Shown one piece after another: positions 19,882-28,325 of a DNA stretch of 64,000 nt (position 1 is its first letter; every line of letters starts with the position of its first letter). The DNA is taken from positions 1,513-65,512 of the forward strand of contig DATAVK010000137.1 of NCBI GenBank assembly GCA_036267755.1, in the 5' to 3' direction. Source of the DNA: Mycobacteriales bacterium (lineage in GTDB: Bacteria; Actinomycetota; Actinomycetes; JAFAQI01). The position numbers and the translations under genes were made by a program. The notes beneath the pieces were generated by a model. That model was not told the DNA's origin, searched no databases, and was given only the letters and a program-made list of their open reading frames with translations.

Positions 19882-20036
19882 GGCAACGGACGTTTCAGGT
19901 AGGCGACGAGCTGGTCACCGCCGCCCGGGGCGGGGATGACCTGGACGAGCTCCCACCCGTCCACGCCCCAGGTGTCGAGGATCTGCTTCGTCGCGTGCAC
20001 GAGCAGTGGAACTGTGGCGTACTCCCATTTCTGCAC
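19878..20036 (-). CDS. DUF4177 domain-containing small protein (Rv3678A-like)
   Basis: It is below the track's size cutoff. My translation from the GTG at 20036 is VQKWEYATVPLLVHATKQILDTWGVDGWELVQVIPAPGGGDQLVAYLKRPLP*. The stop overlaps the ridA-like GTG (GTGA at 19878-19881). Confidence 0.7.
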   Translation of the reverse strand: MQKWEYATVPLLVHATKQILDTWGVDGWELVQVIPAPGGGDQLVAYLKRPLP

Positions 20037-20060
20037 CAGCCGAGACTAGGCCCGCGCCGA

Positions 20061-20357
20061 TCAGGCCGGACAGGCAGTCTCGGCGGCGGCCGCAGCCTCC
20101 GCCTCAGCCTTGCGCCGGCGCAGCAGCCGTTTGCGCTCGAGCTCGTTGAGGCCACCCCAGATCCCGTGCGACTCGGCCACTTCGAGGGAGTACTGCAGGC
20201 ACTGCGGTTGCACCTTGCAGGCCCGCCACAGCGCGCGCGCGATGCCCTCGCGATAATCCTTCTCGGGCTTGCGCTCGAAGTGAGCCGGCGCATAGAAGTA
20301 CGTCGCGTTGTCGGCCTGGCATTCGGCATATGCCCGCCATATCGCGACGTCGATCAT
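20061..20357 (-). CDS. WhiB-like (Wbl) protein, atypical: only three of the four canonical Fe-S cysteines
   Basis: 98-aa ORF with the Wbl C-terminal signature HGIWGGLNELERKRLLRRR. Cys13, Cys47 and Cys53 are present, but the first Cys of the C-X2-C-X5-C block is Trp44 (ALWRACKVQPQC). Confidence 0.65.
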   Translation of the reverse strand: MIDVAIWRAYAECQADNATYFYAPAHFERKPEKDYREGIARALWRACKVQPQCLQYSLEVAESHGIWGGLNELERKRLLRRRKAEAEAAAAAETACPA

Positions 20358-20484
20358 GGTGGCGTACCTCCGCGGATCCTGACCCCCTGCTTTCCCCGTA
20401 GTTCAGGTTCCACACGCACCCCTTGTTCTCCTGCCGTTTCCGAGCCGGATTCCAGCCGATGATCACGATGTCTACGCTTGCCCG

Positions 20485-21465
20485 GTGAGTGAGTTCCCCG
20501 CCGTCAAGCTGCATGTCGTCAGCGGCAAAGGCGGCACCGGGAAGACGACTGTCGCCGCGGCGCTCGCGCTGTCCCTCGCGGCTGGAGGCCGCCAGGTCCT
20601 GCTCACCGAGGTCGAGGGCAGGCAAGGCATCGCCCAGCTCTTTGACACGCCGCCGCTGCCGTACGAGGAGCGCAAGGTCGCGGTCGCCCGCGGTGGCGGC
20701 GAGGTCTACGCCCTCGCGATCGATCCGGAGCAGGCCCTGCTGGAGTACCTCGAGCAGTTCTACAACCTGCGTCGGGCCGGCTCGATGCTCAAGAAGCTCG
20801 GTGCCATCGACTTCGCCACCACGATCGCTCCCGGCATGCGCGACGTCCTGCTCACCGGCAAGGTGATGGAGGCCACCACCCGGGAACGACGGGGTGGCGG
20901 TCGGCTGTACGACGCGGTGGTGCTCGACGCCCCGCCGACCGGGCGGATCGCCCGGTTCCTCAACGTCAACACCGAGGTGGCCGCGCTGGCCCGGATGGGC
21001 CCAGTCCGCAACCAGGCCGACAGCGTGATGCGGCTGCTGCAGTCGTCGAAGACCGCTGTCCACCTGGTGACCGTGCTCGAGGAGATGCCGGTCCAGGAGA
21101 CGATCGACGGGATCGCCGAGCTGACCGCGACGGACCTGCCGGTGGGCGCGGTGTTCGTCAATATGGTCCGCGAGCCGCTGCTGCCCGAGGACGCGCTCGA
21201 GGCGGCTGCCCAGGGCAAGGTGGACAAGCCGGCGCTGCGCAGGGGCCTCAAGGCCGCTGGCCTCGACGCGGACGCTCCGCTGGTCACCGCGCTGGCCGGT
21301 GAGGCGACGGACCATGCCGGCCGGGTGCTGCTGGAGCGCCGCGAGCGCGCGCTGCTCGATGACCTCCATCGACCGACGTACGAGCTGCCGTTGATCGACG
21401 ACGCCGCTGACCTGTCCGGGCTCTACGAGCTGGCCGGCCGGCTGCACGACACCGGGATGGTCTGA
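20485..21465 (+). CDS. ArsA/Get3-like ATPase (Rv3679-like)
   Basis: 326-aa ORF with the P-loop VVSGKGGTGKTTVAAALA. It is the first gene of a tandem pair, as in M. tuberculosis Rv3679-Rv3680. Confidence 0.9.
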   Translation: MSEFPAVKLHVVSGKGGTGKTTVAAALALSLAAGGRQVLLTEVEGRQGIAQLFDTPPLPYEERKVAVARGGGEVYALAIDPEQALLEYLEQFYNLRRAGSMLKKLGAIDFATTIAPGMRDVLLTGKVMEATTRERRGGGRLYDAVVLDAPPTGRIARFLNVNTEVAALARMGPVRNQADSVMRLLQSSKTAVHLVTVLEEMPVQETIDGIAELTATDLPVGAVFVNMVREPLLPEDALEAAAQGKVDKPALRRGLKAAGLDADAPLVTALAGEATDHAGRVLLERRERALLDDLHRPTYELPLIDDAADLSGLYELAGRLHDTGMV

Positions 21466-21466
21466 C

Positions 21467-22594
21467 GTGGCCGACCGCACCCTCGCTGTCGACAAGCTAC
21501 TCGACGAGGCCCAGATCATCGTCTGCTGCGGTGCCGGCGGGGTCGGCAAGACGACCACGGCGGCCGCGCTCGCGCTGCGGGCCGCGGAACGAGGCCGGAC
21601 CGTCTGCGTCCTCACCATCGACCCGGCCCGCCGGCTCGCCCAGTCGATGGGGCTCACCGAGCTCGACAACACCCCCCGCGCCGTGAAGGGCGTCGCGGCG
21701 GCCAAGGGCGGCCATCTCGACGCGATGATGCTCGACATGAAGCGCACGTTCGACGAGATCGTGCTGACCCACAGCGACCCGGAGCGGGCGAAGCAGATCC
21801 TCGCCAACCCGTTCTACGTCTCGCTGTCCTCCAGCTTCGCGGGCACGCAGGAGTACATGGCGATGGAGAAGCTGGGGCAGCTCAAGGCCGAGGGCCGCTG
21901 GGATCTCATCGTGGTCGACACCCCGCCGAGCCGGTCCGCGCTGGACTTCCTCGACGCGCCGCAGCGGCTCGGCCGGTTCCTCGACGGCCGCATGATCCGG
22001 ATCCTGCTGGCGCCGGCGAAGGCCGGCGGCCGGGCCTACCTCAAGGTGTTCACGGTGGGCGTGAAGATGTTCACGGACGTCCTCACCAAGATCCTGGGTG
22101 CGCAGGCGCTGAAGGACCTGAGCCTGTTCGTCGCCTCGCTGGAGACCATGTTCGGCGGGTTCCGGGAACGCGCCGACCAGACCTACCAGCTGCTCAAGGA
22201 GCCCGGAACGTCGTTCGTCGTCGTCGCCGTCCCCGAGCGGGACGCCCTGCGGGAGGCGGCGTACTTCGTCGAACGCCTGGAGTCCGAGCGGATGCCGCTG
22301 GCCGGTCTGGTGCTCAACCGGGTCCACACGTCCCCGGCGAATGGCCTATCGGTCGGTCGATCAGTTGCCGCGGCTGAAGGGCTGGAATCGGCCGGCGAGC
22401 AGCCGATCGCCGCCGCCGTACTGCGGGTGCACGCCGAACGAATGGCGCTGGCGACCCGCGATGCCCGCCGCGCGAAGCAGTTCAGCTCGGCACATCCCGG
22501 GGTCAAGGTCGTCAATGTGGCCGCGCAGGCCGGCGACGTCCACGACCTTGCGGGGCTGCGGAAGATCGGGTCGGAGCTGGCCGGAACCAGCTGA
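21467..22594 (+). CDS. ArsA/Get3-like ATPase (Rv3680-like)
   Basis: 375-aa ORF with the P-loop CCGAGGVGKTTTAAALA. It starts 1 nt after the upstream stop. Confidence 0.9.
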   Translation: MADRTLAVDKLLDEAQIIVCCGAGGVGKTTTAAALALRAAERGRTVCVLTIDPARRLAQSMGLTELDNTPRAVKGVAAAKGGHLDAMMLDMKRTFDEIVLTHSDPERAKQILANPFYVSLSSSFAGTQEYMAMEKLGQLKAEGRWDLIVVDTPPSRSALDFLDAPQRLGRFLDGRMIRILLAPAKAGGRAYLKVFTVGVKMFTDVLTKILGAQALKDLSLFVASLETMFGGFRERADQTYQLLKEPGTSFVVVAVPERDALREAAYFVERLESERMPLAGLVLNRVHTSPANGLSVGRSVAAAEGLESAGEQPIAAAVLRVHAERMALATRDARRAKQFSSAHPGVKVVNVAAQAGDVHDLAGLRKIGSELAGTS

Positions 22595-22604
22595 GGTCGA
22601 GGCG

Positions 22605-22922
22605 CTAGCCGGCCACCTGGACGGCATCGGCCCGGGACGCCTCAAAGTCGGCCATCGCCGACTCCAGCAGCTCGCGCCAGGACTTGACGGTCGGGCGCCG
22701 GCGAAGCAACGCGCGGCGCTCACGCTCAGTCAGGCCGCCCCACACGCCGAACTCGACCTTGTTGTCGAGGGCGTCGGCTAGGCACTCGGTGCGAACTGGG
22801 CATCCGCCGCAGACCGTCTTGGCACGGTTCTGGGCGGCTCCTTGGACGAACAACTCGTCCGGCTTTTGGTTGCTACAGGCGGCTCGACTGGTCCAGTCGT
22901 CAATCCAGGGCATTGTGGGCAT
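22605..22922 (-). CDS. whiB4: WhiB family redox-sensing transcriptional regulator (WhiB4/WblA-like)
   Basis: 105-aa ORF with four Cys (AACS...VCGGCPVRTEC). ADALDNKVEFGVWGGLTERERRALL closely matches M. tuberculosis WhiB4. Confidence 0.9.
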   Translation of the reverse strand: MPTMPWIDDWTSRAACSNQKPDELFVQGAAQNRAKTVCGGCPVRTECLADALDNKVEFGVWGGLTERERRALLRRRPTVKSWRELLESAMADFEASRADAVQVAG

Positions 22923-23107
22923 TCCCTCACGTCTGTCGCGTCACTCGGTGATGATTCATCGAGGCGGCCCCCGTGGTACAGCCGCTGTCATCACAGTACG
23001 AAACGGACACCCGGTATGACAGCCCCCGTTCGTACGGTCTTTTCCTAGTCCTAAAGGATGGGTGGCGTTAGACCGAATGGTGCGGGGGGTCGCCGTACCC
23101 TGACCAG

Positions 23108-25471
23108 ATGGCCGCGAAGATCTCCCTCCGCGTCGGGATCCTCCTGATCGTGAGTGTCGTCGCCGGCGTGCTCGTGGCGGGCATCCTCCTGCCGTTCGTG
23201 GGCGGCGTCGGCATTGCCGCCCGAACGGCAAGCAACGACTTCCAGAGCCTGCCGACGGACCTGAAAGAGGCTCCGCTCCCGCAGGTGTCGACGATCCGGG
23301 CGGCCAACGGCGAGAAGATCGCCAGCTTCTACGACCAGGACCGCGTGGTGGTCCCGCTGTCCGCGGTGCCGCTCGTCATGCAGAAGGCGCTCATCGCCAT
23401 CGAGGACGTGCGGTTCTACGAGCACGGCGGGATCGACGTCAAAGGCACGCTGCGCGCGCTGCTCGCGAACGGCTCGTCCGGACAGGTGTCCCAGGGCGGA
23501 TCGACCCTCACCCAGCAGTACGTGAAGAACGTGCTGATCGAGGACGCCCACACCAAGAAGCAGCGGGCGGCGGCGATCGCGGACACCTACAGCCGCAAGA
23601 TCCGCGAGGCGCGGTACGCGATCGCGCTCGAGCACAAGCTCACCAAGAACCAGATCCTGTCCCGCTACCTCAACATCGCCTACTTCGGCGATGGTGCCTA
23701 CGGCGTCGGGACGGCCGCCCGGCACTTCTTCAACGAGCCGGTCGCCAAGCTCGACCTCGCGCAGAGCGCGCTGCTGGCCGGCCTGGTGCAGTCCCCGGAC
23801 GCCTACAACCCGCGGCTGCACCCGGCCACGGCGACGGAACGGCGCGACACCGTCCTCGCCCAGATGCTGAAGTACCACTTCATCGACCAGCAGCAGTACG
23901 ACGTCGCCCAGGCCTCGAAGGTCAGGCTGCACATCCACCAACAGCCGAACGACTGCACGTCGTCGCAGTACCCGTACTTCTGCGACTACGTGAAGCACGT
24001 GTTCGAGCACACCCCCGGGCTCGGTCTCGGGCTGCTGCGCCGGGGCGGGCTCACCGTGCAGACGACGCTCTCGCCGAAGGCGGAGGCCGCCGCCGAGCAG
24101 GGCATCCACGCCTACGTCCACCACAAAGAACCGGACAAGGTGGTCGGCGCCGAGGCCGTCGTCCAACCCGGCACCGGCAAGGTCAGAGCGCTGGCGGTCA
24201 GCCAGACGTACGGCAACAACACCAAGAAGGGCGAGAACACCTACGACTACGCGGTCGACCGCAGGTACGGCGGCAGCCACGGCTTCCAGGCAGGGTCGAC
24301 GTTCAAGCTGTTCGTCCTCACCGCTGCGCTCAAGGAGGGCATCCCGCTCTCGACGGCCATCAAGTCGCCGGCCATCCTCAAGGACTTCCCCGGCTACCGG
24401 ACCTGCTCCGGCGAGTCGCTGTCGTACTCGCCGTCGGTGAGCAACGCCGGGGACAGCGAAGCGGGGACGTTCAACCTCAAGACCGGCACGTGGTTCTCGG
24501 TGAACACCTTCTTCGCCCAGCTGGAACAGCGCACCGGGCTGTGCGAGCCGGTGAAACTGGCGGAGCAGATGGGCGTTACTCAGGGCAACGGGAAGGCCCC
24601 GGAACAGGTTCCGTCGTTCGTTCTCGGCTCGGGCGGTGGTTTCACTCCCCTGGACCTCGCGGGCGCGTACGCCACGATGGCCGCGCACGGGAAGTACTGC
24701 TCGCCGATCGTCATCACGAAGATCACCGACACCCAGGGCAACAGCTATCCGGTTCCGAAGGCGCACTGCCATCAGGTGGTCGATCCGGGCCTCGCGGACA
24801 CCGTCACGAACATCCTCGAGGGCGTGCTGACCGTCCCGGGCGCAACCGGCACGATCGACGCTCTCTCGGGTCGGCCAGCGGCTGCGAAGACCGGAACGGT
24901 GGACAACTACGAGGGGTCGGTGTTCGCCGGCTACACCCCGCAACTGGCCTCCGCGGTGTGGGTAGGCGTGCCCTCGGCTCCCAACACCTCGCTGACCGGC
25001 CTCACCTTTGGTGGCCGATACCAAGGCGAGCCGATCTTCGGCGCCACCATCGCGGGGAAGATCTGGCAGGCCACGATGAACGCCGCCCTCGAGGGCGATC
25101 CAGTGGAGGAGTTCCCGCCACCGGACTTCAGCATCGAGGCGGGCACGACGGCCACCATCCCGGACGTCAGTGGCGACTCACCGTCGACGGCCTCGGCCAT
25201 CCTGACCAGTGACGGCTTCTCCCCGGTCATCGAGCCGGGCGAGGTCAACAGCGTCCAGAAGGCCGGGACGGTGGCATCCACCTCGCCGGGTGGCGGCAGC
25301 AGCGTCGGCGTGGGCACAACCGTCGAGATCCTGGTCAGCAACGGCATCGCACCCAAGCCGACCCCGCCCCCGAAGAAGCACAAGAAGGACCATCCGCCCA
25401 GCAAGGGCCCCAACCCGCCCCCGATCACGGTCTCGCCGAAGCCCAAGTCGACGGGCAGCCCGAAACCCTGA
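23108..25471 (+). CDS. ponA2: Class A penicillin-binding protein (transglycosylase/transpeptidase) with C-terminal PASTA domain (PonA2-like)
   Basis: 787-aa ORF with an N-terminal TM, GT51 motifs (IAIEDVRFYEHGGID, RKIREA), transpeptidase motifs GSTFKLF and AAKTGT, a PASTA-like segment (IPDVSGDSPSTASAILTSDGF...) and a Pro/Lys-rich tail. Confidence 0.9.
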   Translation: MAAKISLRVGILLIVSVVAGVLVAGILLPFVGGVGIAARTASNDFQSLPTDLKEAPLPQVSTIRAANGEKIASFYDQDRVVVPLSAVPLVMQKALIAIEDVRFYEHGGIDVKGTLRALLANGSSGQVSQGGSTLTQQYVKNVLIEDAHTKKQRAAAIADTYSRKIREARYAIALEHKLTKNQILSRYLNIAYFGDGAYGVGTAARHFFNEPVAKLDLAQSALLAGLVQSPDAYNPRLHPATATERRDTVLAQMLKYHFIDQQQYDVAQASKVRLHIHQQPNDCTSSQYPYFCDYVKHVFEHTPGLGLGLLRRGGLTVQTTLSPKAEAAAEQGIHAYVHHKEPDKVVGAEAVVQPGTGKVRALAVSQTYGNNTKKGENTYDYAVDRRYGGSHGFQAGSTFKLFVLTAALKEGIPLSTAIKSPAILKDFPGYRTCSGESLSYSPSVSNAGDSEAGTFNLKTGTWFSVNTFFAQLEQRTGLCEPVKLAEQMGVTQGNGKAPEQVPSFVLGSGGGFTPLDLAGAYATMAAHGKYCSPIVITKITDTQGNSYPVPKAHCHQVVDPGLADTVTNILEGVLTVPGATGTIDALSGRPAAAKTGTVDNYEGSVFAGYTPQLASAVWVGVPSAPNTSLTGLTFGGRYQGEPIFGATIAGKIWQATMNAALEGDPVEEFPPPDFSIEAGTTATIPDVSGDSPSTASAILTSDGFSPVIEPGEVNSVQKAGTVASTSPGGGSSVGVGTTVEILVSNGIAPKPTPPPKKHKKDHPPSKGPNPPPITVSPKPKSTGSPKP

Positions 25472-25478
25472 GGCCGGA

Positions 25479-25931
25479 TTAGTCGGCGAGTTGTCGACGT
25501 ACCTCAGCAGCGATCCGACCACCCTCGGCTCGGCCGGCGACCACGGGTTGCACGGCCTTCATGACCTGTCCCATGGCTTGCGGGCCGGCCGCTCCGGCGG
25601 AGGCGATGGCCTCGCGGACCAGCCCGGCGAGCTCGTCGTCGGAGAGCTGGGCCGGCAGGTAGGCCTCGAGCACGTCGTGCTCGGCCCGCTCCCGGTCCGC
25701 CAGCTCGGTGCGGCCGGCGTTGTCGAAGGCCTCGGCCGACTCGCGACGCTTCTTGGCCTCGCGTGCGATGACCTTGACGACCTCGTCGTCGCTCAGTGTG
25801 CGCGCCGACTTGCCCGCGACCTCCTCGTTGGTGACGGCGGTCAGCACCATCCGCAACGTGGCGGTGCGCAGCTCGTCCCGCGCCTTCAGCGACGCGGTCA
25901 TCTCGGCGTGCAGCTGCTCCTTGAGACCCAT
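25479..25931 (-). CDS. GatB/YqeY domain-containing protein
   Basis: 150-aa ORF beginning MGLKEQLHAEMTASLKARDELRTATLRMVLTAVTNEEV, a typical YqeY N-terminus. Confidence 0.85.
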   Translation of the reverse strand: MGLKEQLHAEMTASLKARDELRTATLRMVLTAVTNEEVAGKSARTLSDDEVVKVIAREAKKRRESAEAFDNAGRTELADRERAEHDVLEAYLPAQLSDDELAGLVREAIASAGAAGPQAMGQVMKAVQPVVAGRAEGGRIAAEVRRQLAD

Positions 25932-25954
25932 GGGTTCACCCTAGGCTGGCCGAC

Positions 25955-26869
25955 ATGGGTGTGATCCCCCGCGCGGTCGCCGGTCTTGCGCTCGCCACCG
26001 CCGGCAGCATCGCCTACGCCTGGGGGTATGAGCGGAAGGCGTTCCGGTTGCGCGAGGTTGAGCTGCCGGTGCTGCCGCCAGGAGCCCCCACGCTTCGGGT
26101 GCTCCATCTTTCCGACCTGCACATCACCCCCGGCCAGCCGTGGAAGGTGGACTGGGTCCGCGGGCTGGCGCGATTGCGGCCGGACTTCGTCGTGAACACC
26201 GGCGACAACCTGGCCGCCGTACGCGGGGTACCGGAAGTGCTCAAGGCGATGGGACCGTTGCTCGACGTACCGGGGGCGTTCGTCCCCGGGTCGAACGACT
26301 GGTTCGCGCCGGTGGCCAAGAACCCCGCCGGGTACCTGAAACCGCGAAGTACAACGCCCCGCCCGCATGGCGACCCGCTCCCCTGGGGCGAGCTGCGCAA
26401 CGCCTTCACCGACCGGGGCTGGCTGGATCTCACCCACCGGCGTACGACGGTCTCGCTGCAAGGGCTGTCCGTCGAGTTGGCCGGCGTGAGCGATGCGCAC
26501 CTGCAGGCGGACCACTACCCACGGATCGCTGGCAGGGTGTCGCCGGACAGCGACGTCGCGATCGGCCTGTCGCACAGCCCGGAGCCGCGGCTGGTCGACT
26601 GCTTCGTCGCGGACGGCTTCGACCTGGTGATGTCGGGTCATACCCACGGCGGCCAGCTCCGGGTTCCGGGCTACGGCGCCCTGGTCACCAACTGCGGGCT
26701 CGAGCGACGCCGGGCCCGCGGATTGTCCGCCTGGGGATCCAACGGCGGCTGGCTTCATGTCTCAGCCGGCCTGGGCACCTCGCCCTACGCGCCGGTGCGG
26801 TTCGCGTGCCCACCCGAAGCGACGTTGCTGTCACTGGTGGCCAGGCCAGCCGATCGCCCGGGCGGCTAG
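25955..26869 (+). CDS. Metallophosphoesterase (Rv3683-like), membrane-anchored
   Basis: 304-aa ORF with motifs LHLSDLHI, NTGDNL and SGHTHGGQ, plus an N-terminal TM. Confidence 0.85.
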   Translation: MGVIPRAVAGLALATAGSIAYAWGYERKAFRLREVELPVLPPGAPTLRVLHLSDLHITPGQPWKVDWVRGLARLRPDFVVNTGDNLAAVRGVPEVLKAMGPLLDVPGAFVPGSNDWFAPVAKNPAGYLKPRSTTPRPHGDPLPWGELRNAFTDRGWLDLTHRRTTVSLQGLSVELAGVSDAHLQADHYPRIAGRVSPDSDVAIGLSHSPEPRLVDCFVADGFDLVMSGHTHGGQLRVPGYGALVTNCGLERRRARGLSAWGSNGGWLHVSAGLGTSPYAPVRFACPPEATLLSLVARPADRPGG

Positions 26870-26883
26870 ACTTCCGAGGGCTT

Positions 26884-26960
26884 CGGGATGTAGCGCAGCT
26901 TGGTAGCGCACCTCGTTCGGGACGAGGGGGTCGCAGGTTCAAATCCTGTCATCCCGACCA
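26884..26960 (+). tRNA. tRNA-Pro (anticodon CGG), CCA encoded
   Basis: Cloverleaf read by eye. The acceptor is CGGGATG/CATCCCG, the anticodon stem CCTCG/CGAGG with loop TTCGGGA, the T-arm GGTTCAAATCC, the discriminator A, then CCA. Confidence 0.9.
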
Positions 26961-26974
26961 TCTGACCGCCGAGT

Positions 26975-27018
26975 CTGTCAGCAGCACAGCGGGCTATCGC
27001 ACGATGTGCTGCTGACAG
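26975..27018 (+). terminator. Hairpin 15 nt downstream of tRNA-Pro (14-bp perfect stem, 16-nt loop); its left arm is shared with the hairpin after tRNA-Ser(CGA)
   Basis: ctgtcagcagcaca (26975-26988) pairs with tgtgctgctgacag (27005-27018). Confidence 0.5.
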
Positions 27019-27094
27019 CCGGGGTCTGCGTGGTTGAACGCCGCAACCTTGGGGACAGACGGGGTACCAAGACACCGATTCCCAGGAGGCACCC

Positions 27095-28306
27095 GTGCGG
27101 CGATGGGGGCGGATCTCGTCAGCGGGGGTGCTGCTGGTCGGGGTAGGGGTCCTAGCCATCGGTACCACCCCCGCCATTCCGGCGGTGGCGGCCAGCCCCA
27201 CCGTGGCGTCGCACCAGCGGTCCGCGGTGACGGAGCAGCACAGCCACAAGGCGCGCAAGACGTGCACCGCAACGGCGGACCACGAGAACGCCGCCCACAC
27301 CGGGTTCTCCTGCGCTGCGCTGCCGACCCGGCTGCACCAGCATTGGCGAGACACGCTGCAGGGTCAGGCGTCGTACCCCCTGATCGTCGGTGGGCGGGTA
27401 TTCGTCACGTCGAGCGATCCAGGCGGCTCTTACGGCGGACTGCTCTATGCGCTCAGTGCGAAGACCGGTCGAAAACTATGGGGACCTGTCCCGTTGTCGG
27501 GGACCTACTTCTACGACGCTCTCGCGTACGGCGATGGACGGGTTTTCGTGAACGACTTCGACGGGACGGTCCGTGCGTTCCGGGCGACCACGGGAGCCCA
27601 GGTCTGGGCCCGAACCACCGAAGACTTCAGCGGCGAGCCGGTGGCCGCAGGTGGCAAGGTTTGGCTGCAGAGCGAGTCGACGGTCTACGGCCTCGACGAG
27701 AAGACCGGTCGCATCACCGCGAAGTCACACGAACTCGACGGTGACGGCGCTGCTGTCGCCGCGACCGCGAAGGCCGTGTACGTCTCGACCGGTTGTAGGG
27801 CGCAGTACCGGCTTGGTGTTCACGCTGGCGTGAAGTGGTCGGACAAGCAGGACTGCTCGGGCGGTGGCGGCGGGACCGCGTATGTCGACGACGGCCGCTT
27901 CTATGGCAGCGACGGCTTCCTCGTCATGAACACGGCGCATGGCAAGGTCGTCTCCACGTTCGCGGGGGTTCCGGCATTCGGGCCGTCCCGGGCGTACTTT
28001 GCTGCCGGGTCGAACCTCTACGCCCAACGTCTCAGCGACAACGCTCCTGTCTGGACCACCCACCTGAGCGGAACCATCACCGATGGGCCGATCGTCACGT
28101 CGAAGGGGGTGTACGTCGCGACGTCTGCCGGGAAGCTCGTCGTCCTCAATCCGGCCACCGGCCGGCGACTCTCCCGCCTGACACTCGCGTCGGCACCTAC
28201 CCCGGGCGCGCAGTACTCCAGCACGCCGTCCGACATCGCGGCCGGTGACGCCAGCCTGATCGTCCCCACCGGGGACATCGTCACGGCGTACGGCGCCAAG
28301 CGGTAG
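27095..28306 (+). CDS. Secreted PQQ-like / BamB-like beta-propeller repeat protein
   Basis: 403-aa ORF (GTG start) with a signal peptide (GVLLVGVGVLAIGTTPAIPAVAA). It has repeated blade-like segments (GGRVFVTS, GDGRVFVND, GGKVWLQS, KAVYVST, KGVYVATSAGKLVVLN). Confidence 0.7.
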   Translation: MRRWGRISSAGVLLVGVGVLAIGTTPAIPAVAASPTVASHQRSAVTEQHSHKARKTCTATADHENAAHTGFSCAALPTRLHQHWRDTLQGQASYPLIVGGRVFVTSSDPGGSYGGLLYALSAKTGRKLWGPVPLSGTYFYDALAYGDGRVFVNDFDGTVRAFRATTGAQVWARTTEDFSGEPVAAGGKVWLQSESTVYGLDEKTGRITAKSHELDGDGAAVAATAKAVYVSTGCRAQYRLGVHAGVKWSDKQDCSGGGGGTAYVDDGRFYGSDGFLVMNTAHGKVVSTFAGVPAFGPSRAYFAAGSNLYAQRLSDNAPVWTTHLSGTITDGPIVTSKGVYVATSAGKLVVLNPATGRRLSRLTLASAPTPGAQYSSTPSDIAAGDASLIVPTGDIVTAYGAKR

Positions 28307-28325
28307 GCCAACCAGGCACCCAGAT

